From the NCBI GenBank assembly GCA_009914755.4, contig CP068257.2:17376001-17440000 (forward strand): DNA of 64,000 nucleotides, given 5' to 3'. Below the pieces are notes generated by a model. The model was not told where the DNA came from. It made no database searches and saw nothing but the letters and a program-made list of their open reading frames with translations. Position numbers and translations under genes: made by a program. Source of the stretch: the human T2T-CHM13v2.0 reference genome, Homo sapiens. Each line of letters begins with the position of its first letter. Positions within the stretch are counted from its first letter, which is position 1. Below are positions 43,691 through 59,561 of the stretch, one piece after another.

Positions 43691-45044
43691 AAAACAGAAA
43701 AAGGAGAGTTTCTTCCCCCACTTTTACCAGAATGAGCTCCACTGTTGCTTCTGACTCAAAATCTCACTCACTGATGAGATTACAGAAGCCAGTTCACACA
43801 CCTGTGAAATATGCAAAGTAATTTTCTGGCCTGTATTTTGGGAAGGCATGGACTCAGCTCGTTATTTCTACAAATATATAAAGGGTGTTAGAAAGTTTTG
43901 GTGGCTACAAAACACAAAGTCAAGCTTCACTGTATACCCTTAGTCCTAAAATTATGGATATCTATTAATATATAAGGGATGTAATTTACAGGTAATTAAA
44001 ATTTTCACTTTGCATGGAGCTATTTTGACATCATAGAAATGCAATTTTGATCAACTACGCTAGCTAGGAATTCGACATATAAAGAGGTTTTTGTGCCACC
44101 CAATAGATTTTGCTACCTCAAGTTATGACAGTGCCAGTGCAATTAATTGAATGGATAAATGGTCAACCAGTTGTTCTGTCAAATGCTTCCTCCAGCCAAT
44201 TTAAGTAAAAGACAAAGGCAGATAGTTATTTATTGAATGATAAAGACAGAAATTTTAATTATACTTAAAGCTAGGGGTAAAAAAATTTTGATAAATATCC
44301 AGAACCCCAGAGCTGCATAAAGAATCACAAGATAAAATTACTTTTTAGATTTTGATAGTTTCTAGTTTGTTTTTTAATTTTTACACATTTTTGCATGTTA
44401 GGTAATCTATAAACATTTTTATGTTTTTTAACTAGGATACTTTAATTAGTATAGTGAATAAAATGTAAAATTATGAGATTAATTTGAGTCTAGTTGGCAA
44501 AATTAGATTTTTTTTCCTATTCCATGGAAATATTTACAGTTGTTCTAAAACCACAAAGTAAATTGTATTTAGAATTTTCCTGTGCATATCAGCTGCATTT
44601 TTACTAGAGTTGTGTGTCACTCAGTTGGTATAAATTTGGGTCCCTGTGGGTGCCCAGCTGTTCTTCTCTTGTTGTATATCTTGCAGATTGTATCTGAGCA
44701 TGGAACTTCTTTGAAGCTAACATTAATCTCATGCTAGGACCTGTTTAAAGGTGTGTGCACTTCTTTCCCTCCTCTCTACATCACACCACTCTTATGCCTA
44801 TAGTTTTATTTTATATTAATTTCCAGAAATATTCCTGGAGCAAAAATAAAGCCCATAAGGCCTGTATATGTAGTCTTTTAGTCAATCTAAAAACGTATCA
44901 TTTTAAAGAATATCTAGCTCATAATTTAATATTACAGATTGATTGAATCAGTTTGCAAATAAACTTTAAAATTATTTATATACACACACACATATATATA
45001 TTTCAGATAAAAGAAATAACTACATCATTGGTTATATTCATAAT

Positions 45045-45182
45045 TTTAAAAAAAATTTAATGGAGATGGGGGTCTTGCTATGTTGCCCAACCTGGTCTCA
45101 AACTTCTGGCCTCAAGCAATCCTCCCACCTCAGCCTCCCAAAGTGCTGGGATTCCAGACATAAGCCACCCACACCTGGCCTA
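45045..45182 (-). mobile_element. Free Alu monomer (FLAM-like), minus strand
   Basis: The reverse complement reads ggccaggtgtgggtggcttatgtctggaatcccagcactttgggaggctgaggtgggaggattgcttgaggccagaagtttgagaccaggttgggcaacatagcaagacccccatctcc followed by an A-rich tail. Confidence 0.6.
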
Positions 45183-45559
45183 TATTCATAATTTGCCTTA
45201 CTCCTTTTATGTATTTATATTGCAGGTAAATGAAATAATTGCATTATTGGTCATGTTCATACTTTATCTTATTGCTTTTATATATTTATATTTCAAATAA
45301 ATTTAATAATTAAATCACTGGTCATATTCATACCTTGTCTTACTTCTCATTTCAGCGATTATGCTGAATTCAATTGTCATTAAACATGAATCTTGGGTCC
45401 CAATTCTGACAGCCCCAACAAGACCATAAGAAGGAGGAAGTGGCACTTAAGTAATGCTTAACCAAATAAGCAAACAAACAAACAGAAACAAATATCCAAT
45501 ACGTAACTTCTTTAGATATCCTTTCTTTATTTAACTGTTGCCTTCTTTATTTCTTTTTC

Positions 45560-45590
<31 letters not shown>

Positions 45591-45873
45591 GAGATAGAGT
45601 CTTGCTCTCTTGCCCAGGCTGGAGTGCAATGGGGCAATCTCAGCTCACTGCAACCAACCTCTGTCTTCCGGGTTCAAGCTATTCTGTCTCAGTCTCCCAA
45701 GCAGCTGGGATTACAGGCACATGCCACCATACCCAGCTAATTTTTGCATTTTTAGTAGAGATGGGGTTTCACTATGTTGACCAGGCTGGTCTCGAACTCC
45801 TGACCTCAGGTGATCCACCTGCCTCAGCCTCCTAAAATGCTGGGATAACAGGTGTGAGCCACTGTGCCAGGTT
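45560..45873 (-). mobile_element. Alu, minus strand, with intact 19-bp TSD (ttgccttctttatttcttt)
   Basis: (TTTC)n/poly-T tail then gagatagagtcttgctctcttgcccaggctggagtgcaatggggcaatctc ... ctaaaatgctgggataacaggtgtgagccactgtgccagg. The TSD copies are at about 45537-45555 and 45874-45892. Confidence 0.9.
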
Positions 45874-48116
45874 GCCTTCTTTATTTCTTTGTAGTAATCA
45901 GTGAAAAAATCTTTGATGTTTTATTTCAGGATGTGAGAGAGATTGTACCCTAGTAATGTAGTAAATTTTGAAGAGATAGGAGCCCTAAGAAAAGGTACAG
46001 AATGAGGTACGCCTGCAAAGGAGATGAAAACAGGTAGCATCCTTGGGTCTATAAAGGAAATGGAATGAAAAGAAGTATTACAAGATGCCATCCCGAGATA
46101 GGGAAATGAAACCAGACAATAATAAGCACACCAAGTTAGCCTTATAAGAGACCTAGTCCACTTCCAAATGTTTCCAAGCATGTACAATTATCATTGTTAT
46201 GCAATCTCTTCAAAAAGTGCTTTTATACACAATAAAATGTGGCCAAATATGCCTGCAAAAATATACTGTTTTGTATAAGAAATATTTTGAACTAAAGACA
46301 TTTGAAAAACAACAGATGCAAGAAGGGCATTCTAATTTCCCCGTTGCTTCTTGAAAACAGATGAAATTTCCCATGTGAAAGATGCCCTTCCTGTATTAGG
46401 AGAAAACATTCTTCAAGGGGAAGTCATGGTCAAGAGACTTCGGCACAATCAAACTTTGTTAAGATAATTCCTCTTTTCCTTTATCCTCCCCACATAATTT
46501 AGTTAATTTTCAACAGTTGCATCTCTTTATTCCATATAATATAAAATCTCTTGGGTTTTGCCACTTTTTTGGATCTTCATTCTCTTGTGAGTGGTTCTAT
46601 GTCATGTAAACATATATTAAACGTGGATGTTTTTCTCCTCTTATCTCTCTTATATGTCAATTTAATTCTCAGGCCCGGCCAAGAACTTTAAGAGAGTAAG
46701 TATCAATGTGTTATAGGCTCAGTTTATGATTTTCCATTCCTTCCTTTAAACATGTTAAGTTTAGCCTACACCTGCCTCCTTACATATTTTAAGTTTGGCT
46801 TAAAGGTTTCTCTGTATTTAGTGAACTGTAACTTAACTGGATGTATAAACAGACTGTAACTTTCTCTTGGGCCAATCGCCATGTTTCAGCTGATCAGAGG
46901 CTCAAATTCTGTTCAAATAAGGCAAAGCTGAGCAGTAAGCAGTCTGGCTGTCTCTGTTTTGTGTATGTCAGTTTTCTTTTTCTATTCATAATTCTTCAAC
47001 CATGTGGAAACCCTGGAGTCTCTTTGAACCTATTCTGGATAAGGACCTGCTCAATTCTCCAATCATTTTTTGCTCAGTTAAACTCTGTGAAACCTAATTC
47101 GTCTAAGGTTTTTCTTTTAAAAAACTTAAGATTTAGTTTTCCTGGTTTGAAATTGAGTGTTGAGAAAATATTTTTGCGTGTCTGCACAGTCATGGCTTTC
47201 TCAAAACATTTTCCTGAAAAAGTGGAATCTTGGTCTTATAGCCAGACTTGCAAGTTAATTTGCAGCTGTATTCATAGTGAAAGAACTCCTTGGAAATTTA
47301 GCTAACTCCAAAGATATTTGTTTGTATTTCAAGGGCAAATGAGGCCCATTACTTTGGAGACAAATCTGGCTGCAGATACTGGACTTATCAGCCCTTTGGA
47401 AAATTTATTTTCTTACCAAAGGAGTGGAGTAAGGATCTATTCTCTGTACTTTTCCAAGAAGCACTCTCAGAAAATGAGGAGATAGAATAGTCTTTTTGTC
47501 TTCTAAAAGCAAAGAACAATTCATTTTTTATTATTTTTCTCTTGCATAAGAAGGATCTGACCATTTACATAAGAGATTTGTTCATTTGGCTTTCCTCATA
47601 TCATACTAAACATAAAAATTAAGGCAGAAAGGACCAATAGTTATTAAAATGTAAATAATAATAATTAATCTGGGTCTAGCCCAGAACACTTTATGTTGAC
47701 ATTCACTATAACATTAATATTGATGAATATTAATAACACAATGTGTTGGGAAGAGGAGTGTCAGAAATTCTTGCCACATTCAAAAGTTTCAGCTGTAGGA
47801 TAGTTCTTATTAATAGAGGATTTAATAAAAGTTGCAATGGAATAAATTGTTTTGACAGTAAAGCAAAGAAACAAAAAAAGATAAAGGTACAGGAAGCAAA
47901 CTTTATCATATAAATTAATAATTTATTTCTTCATTGTATTAGAGGTTAATATCCAGGAATGGACAAGCTTTAGAAAGGTTGGGGGAGAAACTGGAGGGTG
48001 AACTCAGGTCAGATGGAGACACATCATGTGTGCACTAATAAAGGCTTCAAATTTTTAAGATAATAAGTGTTAATATATAATAGAGATAATAATAATAAAT
48101 AGCAAATAATGTTAGT

Positions 48117-49140
48117 GACAGGAGGTAATCAAATGCCTAGGCAGATAGAGGTGGGTCCCTGGTGAAACACCACCTTCAAGCCAAAGACAGTTTAAAGCCT
48201 GAAAACCAAGCCACAAGTCTCGGATGAATCTCTAGACTACATTGGGAACCTCTCTTCCAGTTTGGTGAGCTTTCCTCAATTTGATCCCCATCCTTCACCT
48301 ATTTTACATATACCTACCTGTCTCTAATTGGTTTTTAACACTATCATGTCCTCCTTTGAGTGGTGTCTTTCTTGCATACTCACAGAACAATCAGCACACA
48401 CTCTCTCATTATGAGCCCATAAAAGCCCCAGACTCAGCCATACTTGGAGAGAGACTAGCTGCCTTTGATCAAGGGACCACCTGCTTCTCCACTGTGAGCT
48501 GTTCTGTCACTCAGTAAAACTCTTCTCTGCCCTTCTCACCTTTCAATTGTCAGTGTAACCTCATTCTTTTTGGACACAGGACAAGAACTTGAGACCCATC
48601 GAGTGCAGGTACAAAAAAGGCTGTAACACTGTGGCTCTCTGTCCTCTGCCAGAACCCAGCAGCCACTCCACATGATGGGAAGCAGCAGTGGTTCCAGGCC
48701 AATCCTGGAGTCGTGGGCCAGAGTGGAGCAGTGGGACTGAAAGAGCAGTTAGCATGTTGTAACACCCACTTTGGGGCTTTGAGGTCACTGGCATCCCTGT
48801 TCGGGTGCTGCTGTGTTCCCCTTGTCTGGATGCCAGCATCCCCCATGGGAGTTGCTTGTGGCATGCCTGATCCAGCCACAAGTCCTGCACAGAGCCCACT
48901 CCTATGCCAGTGCTTGGAGTGGCCGACTGGACCCTGCACTCACATGCTCACACACCCACTACCACCACAGGCTGAGCGCACAGTTGTAGTGGCCACAGGA
49001 TCCATGCTGGAGCGCAAGATGGGCACAGTCTGGGGGGCCGAGTCAGCAAGGCACCTCTTGTGGCAAGCCACGGCCTGAGTGAGTCCTGAGCGGACACGTT
49101 GCCAGCCACATTGGCCTCCAGCTGACAAAGCAGCACCAAA
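48117..49140 (+). mobile_element. Unclassified ERV-like fragment: putative LTR (about 48117-48560) plus GC-rich leader or internal segment (48560-49140)
   Basis: LTR-like layout: TATA-like ccataaaagcccc at about 48418, polyadenylation-like cagtaaaactcttc at about 48513, and the terminus ...tcaattgtca. An abrupt 580-bp GC-rich block follows within an otherwise AT-rich context and carries no recognisable ORF. The family was not recognised. Confidence 0.3.
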
Positions 49141-52100
49141 AAGAAATCCTGCACCAATAATAAAGATACTAAGGACTTTTTAAAAAAACTTTTGAGTTAA
49201 TATTTATGATTCAAATATATAGAACTAATAATACAATAAATACTAACATATTTTTACACCAGTTTGCAAAAAGGTAGTAAAGTGAAAATTCTGCCATTTT
49301 TCAGAGAACAACAATGTTAAATATACAGATTTATCTCCTAATCCATCAACTTCCTTCCCCCATCTTGTCACAAAACTACTAGTCTAAGTCTGATGTTTAC
49401 ATTTCTTATGCGTTTCACTAACTGTACTAAATATATGGGTCAAAACCAATATAGAGTATAGGTTTTAAATGTAAAATTAATTGGTGATATTTTATGGAAA
49501 ATTTCTTTTGTAATTTGCTTTTCTACTCAAATTAGACTTTTGGTTTGTTTTGTTTGTTCAAATATCGAAATGATCTAAGTTTCTATTTATTTATTCAATT
49601 TTTTTTTTGTTTTAGAAATGTGTCTCTGATGAATGTTGGACCAAAGGGAGTAAACAGAACCCAAGACATCTAACAAAATGTTCCCCAGAATTAAGATGAA
49701 CACCAAAGAGAATAGATAATTTTATGGAAACTATGTTGGTGGGATCCACTTCCAGCTGTGTGGTAAATTTCAAATAGAAATCAATTTTTATTTCAACATA
49801 AAAATGGAAGTCAATATTGAATAATAACAATTACCTGAGTAGCTGGGGTTTTTGCTCTTTTTTATATTTATTTTTATTTTAAAAATGAGGATTGTTGTAA
49901 AACTAACATGTATTTATAAGAAGTAATACTGAGAGAATACCCTTTACCCAATGTGCCTCAATGGTAACATCCTGTAAAACTGTAGTACAGTATCGCATCC
50001 AGGATATTAGCATTTAATAGTCAAGGTGCATAACAATAGAGTTACAAGAAAATACATATAAAGCAAGTTATGCTTCCTTTAGATTTATTTTGCTCTTTTT
50101 CTTTTCTAGGCACTGTCATGAGACCTTATATTTTGAATTGGAGACTTGTGTTCTAATATATGCATAGGTTTTCTGCTCTTTGGTGCTTTAGCTTCATTCA
50201 ACAAATGTTAATGTTTTATTTTCATTTATATTCACTTTAATGTAATTTTTAGAAATTTTATCTAATATTTTTTTTCTTTAACCCATGGATTATTTATTTC
50301 TAACACTGTCACAGAGATGAAGTCAGAGCGTCTACTTATAGCCTTGCAAGGGTAAAATTGTAGGTGCCCCACTTGATTTTTTTTTCAAGGATGGAAGTTG
50401 GGCCATAGATATTTTCTGTGTTGTTTACCTGAGTAAGGATGTTATTCTCTAAAAGTTGTCTCTCCTGCTATGCTACCTCTTTCTTGGCCCTTTTGCTTCA
50501 AAAAAAGGAGGCTTTCTTGGGGGATATTTCTCTATCTGTTCTCATTGATGTTTCCAGATTGCTGGTTTCCTCAATTTCAGGATTTTCATATATGATGAAA
50601 AAAAAAAAATCCAGTGGGCTCACCACTATGTCATTCCTTTGGATCCAAGTCTCTAGTGGGTCCAACTTCTCTCCACGTTTCAGAGTCTTAAGTGACTTTT
50701 AAATTATTATTTATTTATATATAAATTAATTCGTGTAATTAATAATTATAAATAATGATTTAAAAGACATTTAAGAAGACTCTGAATTTATTTATTATTG
50801 TTAAGTTCCGGTGTTTTTAGCTGTACTTAACAGAGGAAGTAAGAAAGATTACATCTACTTCATTGTCCCAGAGGATGAATAATAATGTTGCTCTTAGTAT
50901 TGCTTTAAAATTTCAAAGAAACAACCATCTCTTTTTGTCTACTTTACCATACACACCTATTATTCTACTTTTTTCTCCCATCTTTACCCAAGGCTTAGAA
51001 TTACATTGTACTTATGCTTTTCATAATTCAGTGAATGTAACTTGTAAATCATGCATAGTCATTATAATGCCTCCTTGCTGTTACATGTTATTTTTCCTTT
51101 TTCCAATATTGAACAATATTAGTGTAAATTAGAAATTAGTTTATTTCTTCCATAGTGAGATATTTCTATAATTTTTATTATCTTATTTTTATCATTTATT
51201 GAAATATTATTCATGTCTGTGTAGGAAATGGAAAAAAATTTCTCAAACTTCTAATGACCCATACTTTGACTACAAATATTATCTTTAAATATTGCTGTTA
51301 ATGTTTTATACACACAAACTACACAAGAAAAATATGAAAGACATTTGATTTTGGAATCACTAGCAGGGTACCTGGCATATGGATGTTACAAAATATTTAA
51401 AATACATCATTACATAATCTCAACTGCAGAGGAAAAAAATGAGAAACTTCTACTTGCTTATTGAGAACTACTTCTAATGTTTATACAACTTCCTCTAAAT
51501 TTACTACATTTGGTATTATTTTGAGGACCCAATGTAAGAAAACCATGTTAACCTATTTTAAACATAAAGTTACAAAATATCCTAATAGTAAGTTTTCTGC
51601 ACTATACTTTTGAATATAACTCAATATACTATAAATATAAAATATTACTGGAAAAATTATCCTAAGATTAGATTGAACCTCTTGTGAACATATGTACATG
51701 TACTAATGGCAAGCATAGATTTCTGTTTATTTCCCTGTTTCAGTGGTAGATGGACAAATTTAAGTTGTAATACCTGTTTTTATCTTATTATTTCAAGTAA
51801 TTTTTAGATGCAAAAATGTCCTATTTTTAATACTTGTGGCTGAAAATAGTATTCCATCAAAGACATAAATCACAGTTCTCTGTGTCTCAAACTTAACTAA
51901 CGAGTTGTTATAGTAAATCAACCAAATATACTTTTTTTTCTATAAATATATGGAGTGGTCCTAGAAATAAAAGCATCATGGTGCTGGATAATACAGCTGG
52001 CCAAGTATATACATTTTAAGGTGTATGTAAGGTGGATTTCTATGAAAGATAGATCAATTGATAATAATAAGAAACAGATGTAAACATTCTTTTGAATAAA

Positions 52101-52455
52101 TTTGCATTAAAAATTGTAAAGTTAATTAACAATTATGAAATTCTTTTTCAAAAATATGTATTTAATTCCTGTTTGTAGTGAAGATTGTAACTTCACTTCT
52201 AGAATTCCCAGATAATTGTTGGAAAGAACCACAGTAAACATAAGTCAAATTATGATAAAGTTATGAAGCAAAGATGCAGACAGCTTTGAAAATATGTACA
52301 AGGGGCATCTGCCATCCCTGAGTAGATGATTAAAAAGGGCTTTCTTAAGGCATCTAGAAACAGCATAACATAATCATTTGGTACTCTGTGGTTCCTTACC
52401 ATGGCAGCAGGCTAGGTTTCTTCATGTTACGGCCTGCAGCAAGATGACCTGTATT

Positions 52456-52510
52456 TGAATTCTAGTTGTTTTTTTTTGTTTGTTTTTGTTTTGTTTTGTT
52501 TTGTTTTTTT
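52456..52510. repeat. (GTTTT)n / (GTTT)n microsatellite
   Basis: gtttttttttgtttgtttttgttttgttttgttttgttttttt. Confidence 0.8.
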
Positions 52511-52671
52511 CAGTTTAAGACCTTAGGGAAGGTATCAAATCCCTTCGTGCTTCAATATTTATAATCTCTGAAAATACAAGCAATAATACCTGGTTATTAG
52601 GATTGCATGGTGTAATATTTGTAAAACATTTAGAAATGTACCTCACACATAGAAAATGTCTTTTAAGTTCT

Positions 52672-53478
52672 GGATTAAAAAATAAAGATGATCAATGGCT
52701 TAAATCTAAGACCTGAAACTATAAAAATTCTAGAAGGTAACATTGGAAAAACCCTTCTAGACATTGGCTTAGGCACGGATTTCATGGCCAAGAACCCCCC
52801 CCCCAAAAATGCAATAAAAAAAGATAAATAGCTGGGACTTAATTAAACTAAAGAGCTTCTACACAGCAAAAGGAACAGTCAGCAGAGTAAAAGACAACCC
52901 ACAGAGTGGGAGAAAATCTTCACAATCTATACATATGACAAAGGACTAATACCCAGAATCTACAATGAACTCAAACAAATTAGCAAAAAAAAAAAAAAGA
53001 ACCCAAAAATTCCACCAAAAAGTGGGCTGACATGAATAGACAATTCTCAAAAGAAGATGTACAAATGATCAACAAACATTTGAAATATTGCTCAGTATCG
53101 CTAATGATCAGAGAAATGCAAACCAAAACCACAATGCAATACCACTTTACTCCTGCAAGAAGGGCTATAATAAAAAAAAAAATCAAAAAATAATAATGTT
53201 GGCATGGATGTGATAAACAGGGAACAATTTTACACTGCTGGTGGGAATGTAAACCAGTGCAACCACTATGGGAAACTGTGAAATTCCTTAAAGAACTAAA
53301 AGTACTATCATTTGATCCAGCAATCCACTACTGGGTATCTACAAAGAGGAAAAGAAGGCATTATATGTAAAAGATACTTATTCACACATGTTTATAGCAG
53401 CACAATTCACAATTGCGAAAACATGGAACCAACTCAAATGCTCATCAATCAATGAGTGGATAAAGAAACTCTATGTAA
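52672..53478 (+). mobile_element. L1 ORF2 C-terminal-region fragment (older L1 subfamily), plus strand, truncated at both ends
   Basis: The translation gives L1 ORF2-like peptides: ...LNLRPETIKILEGNIGKTLLDIGLG.DFMAK...[102 protein letters not shown]... The nucleotide sequence is parallel to the young L1 ORF2 3' region. Confidence 0.7.
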
Positions 53479-54607
53479 AAATTGTAATAAATTGGGTTAT
53501 TTATTACTTTCTAATATTATTGCTTTTTGTCTTACAGTCTTATATTTTTCTAAATGAATAATATTAAGAAGATAAACAATATCCAAATCATTTTCTTATT
53601 TGTACTTCAATATGTCATTATAACAAATGTAATAAAAACAAAATAGCATAAGTTTCTGTTGTAGTAATTTTCTTGCTGCTACAAAAAGGCACATGTTCCC
53701 ATTCAAAGAATAAATACTAATAATAGTATTGGAAGACCTATATTTCATTTCTGGAAAATAACATTAAACATAGGTACTAAAGTACCTTTTAAAAAGGTCT
53801 CATTATTGCAAATTATATTACATATTTTAATATATTTTACTTCTAAGATCTGGAAGATGTAGAATGGTAAATAGTAGTTAACTATATCTATATAATATAT
53901 CCATTTTTATAATACTTTTTACTATGTTATTTACTTCATCAGCTGGCTTTTGCTGTATAATCGACTACCCAAAATTTAGTGGCTTAAAAGACCAATCATT
54001 TTAGATAGATTCTGATACTTTGGGTTGACTGGGCTATGGTCTGTGTTTACTTTCCACTGCATTCTTTCACGTGTGTGTCTGTGGTCAGCTAGCAGGTCAG
54101 TTTGTGGCTGCATGATCTGCATAACTGTCTTCATATGTCTTTAGTTGGTAGGTTGTTTGGTCTAGGGACCTCAGCTGGGGTGACTGATTTGCAATCTGTG
54201 GTTTCTAACCATGCAATAAGTTAGGCTTGGTTGTTTCACATCATGGCCAAAGTGTTCCAAGAGCAGCAAGAGAAGGTAGAATCCAAAGTACAAGTTATTT
54301 TCAAGTCTGTGCTTATGTGGCATGTGTTACTGTCCCATTGGCCAAAACAAGTCATGTGGCAATGCAGTAGAGCATTGTGGATGAAGACAATATCCAACAG
54401 CATAAATATAGGGAAGAAGACTATTGCACGCACTTTTTAAAACAATAATCCTTATGGTTATTAACCTTTGCTCTAAAATGTGCTGCATAATAAAATATAT
54501 AATATCAATACATATCTGCCTGAGCCTTATCTATACCTTTAAATTAAGATCAGAGATGATGGTGTGGGAAATGTAGGATGAAAAAAGCCACATCAGGAAT
54601 TATATAG

Positions 54608-54996
54608 TTGATATGGTCTGGATATTTGTCCCCAAGGATGAAGGTGGGGTCTGGTTGGAGGTGGTTTGGTAGTGAGGGCAGACCCTTCACAGCTTGATAC
54701 TGACCTTGTAATAGTGAGTGAGTTCTCAAGAGATCTAGTCATTTAAAAGTTTGTGGCACCTCCCCCCACTGTCTTTCTCTTTTGCTACTTCTTTTGCCAC
54801 GTTTAGTGCTTGTTCTTGCTTTGTCTTTCTCCATGATTGTAAGCTTCCCAAGGCCTCTCCAGAAACCTAGGAGATGCTAGCACCCACCATGCTTCCTATA
54901 AAGCTTGTATAACTGTGGACCAATTAAACCTCTTTTATTTATATATTACCCAGTCCCAGGTAGTTCTTTATAGCAATGTAAGAATGGACTAACTGA
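54608..54996 (+). mobile_element. MSTA-like MaLR LTR, plus strand (5' LTR of the tandem MaLR array)
   Basis: tgatatggtctggatatttgtccccaaggatgaaggtggggtctggttggaggtggtttgg ... gtgagtgagttctcaagagatctagtcatttaaaagtttgtggcacctcccccc ... ctccatgattgtaagcttcccaaggcctc ... ccaattaaacctcttttatttatatattacccagtcccaggtagttctttatagcaatgtaagaatggactaa. Confidence 0.7.
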
Positions 54997-55360
54997 AAAA
55001 ATTGGCACAGAAGGCTGGGACTTTGCTATAAAAATACCTAAAAATATGGAAGCAACTTTGGTACTGGGTAACAGGCAGAGGTAGGAAGAGTTTGGAAAGC
55101 TCAGAAGAAGACAGGAAGATGAAAGGAATTTTGAAGCTTGAAACTAGTTGAATGCTTGTGACCAAATGCTGATAGTGATATGGACAGTGAAGTCCATGCT
55201 GCCGAAGCCTCAGATGGAAATGAGGAATTTACTGGGAGCTAGAGCAATGGTTACACGTCATGCCTTAGCAAAAAGCTTTCTGCATTCTGCTCATGCCCTA
55301 AGGATTTGGGAAGTTTGAACTTGAGAATGATAATTTAGGGTATCTGGCTGAAGATATTTC
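54997..55360 (+). mobile_element. MaLR internal region, copy 1, part 1 (split by the L1 insertion)
   Basis: ...ggaagcaactttggtactgggtaacaggcagaggtagg...cttagcaaaaagc...tttgaacttgagaatgataatttagggtatctggctgaagatatttc parallels internal copy 2 at 60687-61060. Confidence 0.65.
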
Positions 55361-55579
55361 TTTTTTTTTTTTTTATTATACTTTAAGGTTTAGGGTACAT
55401 GTGCACATTGTGCAGGTTAGTTACATATGTATAAATGTGCCATGCTGGTGCGCTGCACCCACTAACTCGTCATCTAGCATTAGGTATATCTCCCAATGCT
55501 ATCCCTCCCCCCTCCCCCCACCCCACCACAGTCCCCAGAGTCTGATATTCCCCTTCCTGTGTCCATGTGATCTCATTGT

Positions 55580-56053
55580 TCAGTTCCCACCTATGAGTGA
55601 GAATATGTGGTGTTTGGTTTTTTGATCTTGCGATAGTTTACTGAGAATGATGATTTCCAATTTCATCCATGTCCCTACAAAGGACATGAACTCATCATTT
55701 TTTATGGCTGCATAGTATTCCATGGTGTATATGTGCCACATTTTCTTAATCCAGTCTATCATTGTTGGACATTTGGGTTGGTTCCAAGTCTTTGCTATTG
55801 TGAATAATGCTGCAATAAACATACGTGTGCATGTGTCTTTATAGCAGCATGATTTATAGTCATTTGGGTATATACCCAGTAATGGGATGGCTGGGTCAAA
55901 TGGTAATTCTAGTTCTAGATCCCTGAGGAATCGCCACACTGACTTCCACAAGGGTTGAACTAGTTTACAGTCCCACCAACAGTGTAAAAGTGTTCCTATT
56001 TCTCCACATCCTCTCCAGCACCTGTTGTTTCCTGACTTTTTAATGATTGCCAT
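55580..56053 (-). pseudogene. L1 ORF2 C-terminal (cysteine-rich) segment, 157-aa ORF
   Basis: [133 protein letters not shown]... matches the L1 ORF2 C-terminus. Confidence 0.85.
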
Positions 56054-56178
56054 TCTAACTGGTGTGAGATGTTATCTCATAGTGGTTTTGATTTGCATTT
56101 CTCTGATGGCCAGTGATGATGAGCATTTTTTCATGTGTTTTTTGGCTGCATAAATGTCTTCTTTTGAGAAGTGTCTGT

Positions 56179-58623
<2,445 letters not shown>

Positions 58624-59112
58624 TCAGTAGTCATTCAGGAACATGTTGTTCAGTTTCCATGTAGTTGAGCGGCTTTGAGTGGGATTCTTAATCCTGAGTT
58701 CTAGTTGGATTGCACTGTGGTCTGAGAGACAGTTTGTTATAATTTCTGTTCTTTTACATTTGCTGAGGAGAGCTTTACTTCCAACTATGTGGTCAATTTT
58801 GGAATAGGTGTGGTGTGGTGCTGAAAAAAATGTATGTTCTGTTGATTTGGGGTGGAGAGTTCTGTAGATGTCTATTAGGTCCGCTTGGTGCAGAGCTGAG
58901 TTCAATTCCTGGGCATCCTTGTTGACTTTCTGTCTTGTTGATCTGTCTAATGTTGACAGTGGGTTGTTAAAGTCTCCCATTATTAATGTGTGGGAGTCTA
59001 AATCTCTTTGTAAGTCACTCAGGACTTGCTTTATGAATCTGGGTGCTCCCGTATTGGGTGCATATATATTTAGGATAGTTAGCTCTTCTTGTTGAATTGA
59101 TCCCTTTACCAT
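58624..59112 (-). pseudogene. L1 ORF2 endonuclease-domain segment, 162-aa ORF
   Basis: MVKGSIQQEELTILNIYAPNTGAPRFIKQVLSDLQRDLDSHTLIMGDFNNPLSTLDRSTRQKVNKDAQELNSALHQADLIDIYRTLHPKSTEHTFFSAPHHTYSKIDHIVGSKALLSK... About 94% identical to the L1HS ORF2 EN domain as I recall it. Confidence 0.85.
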
Positions 59113-59561
59113 TATGTAATGGCCTTCTTTGTCTCTTTTGGTCTTTGTTGGTTTAAAGTCTGTTTTATCAGAGACTAGGATTGCAACCCCTGCCTTTTTT
59201 TGTTTTCCATTTGCTTGGTAGATCTTCCTCCATCATTTTATTTTGAGCCTATGTGTGTCTCTGCACGTGAGATGGGTTTCCTGAATACAGCACACTGATG
59301 GATCTTGACTCTTTATCCAATTTGCCAGTCTGTGTCTTTTAATTGGAGAATTTAGTCCATTTATATTTAAAGTTAATATTGTTATGTGTGAATTTGATCC
59401 TGTCATTATGATGTTAGCTGGTGATTTTGCTCGTTAGTTGATGCAGTTTCTTCCTAGTCTCGATGGTCTTTACATTTTGGCATGATTTTGCAGCGGCTGG
59501 TACCGGTTGTTCCTTTCCATGTTTAGCACTTCCTTCAGGAGCTCTTTTAGGGCAGGCCTGG

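Noticed and set aside
48550-49157. Cluster of overlapping 62-129-aa ORFs on both strands in the GC-rich block; also considered as a CpG island or promoter
   Set aside because: Overlapping ORFs on both strands are the usual by-product of high GC content. There are no protein motifs, and the CpG count by eye (~9 in 580 bp) is too low for a CpG island. The block is kept only as an unclassified ERV-like fragment.
50690-50770. AT-rich quasi-palindromic stretch (ttatttatttatatataaattaattcgtgtaattaataattataaataatga)
   Set aside because: It is a low-complexity A/T run with short chance palindromes and has no long perfect arms, unlike the 7503-7666 hairpin.
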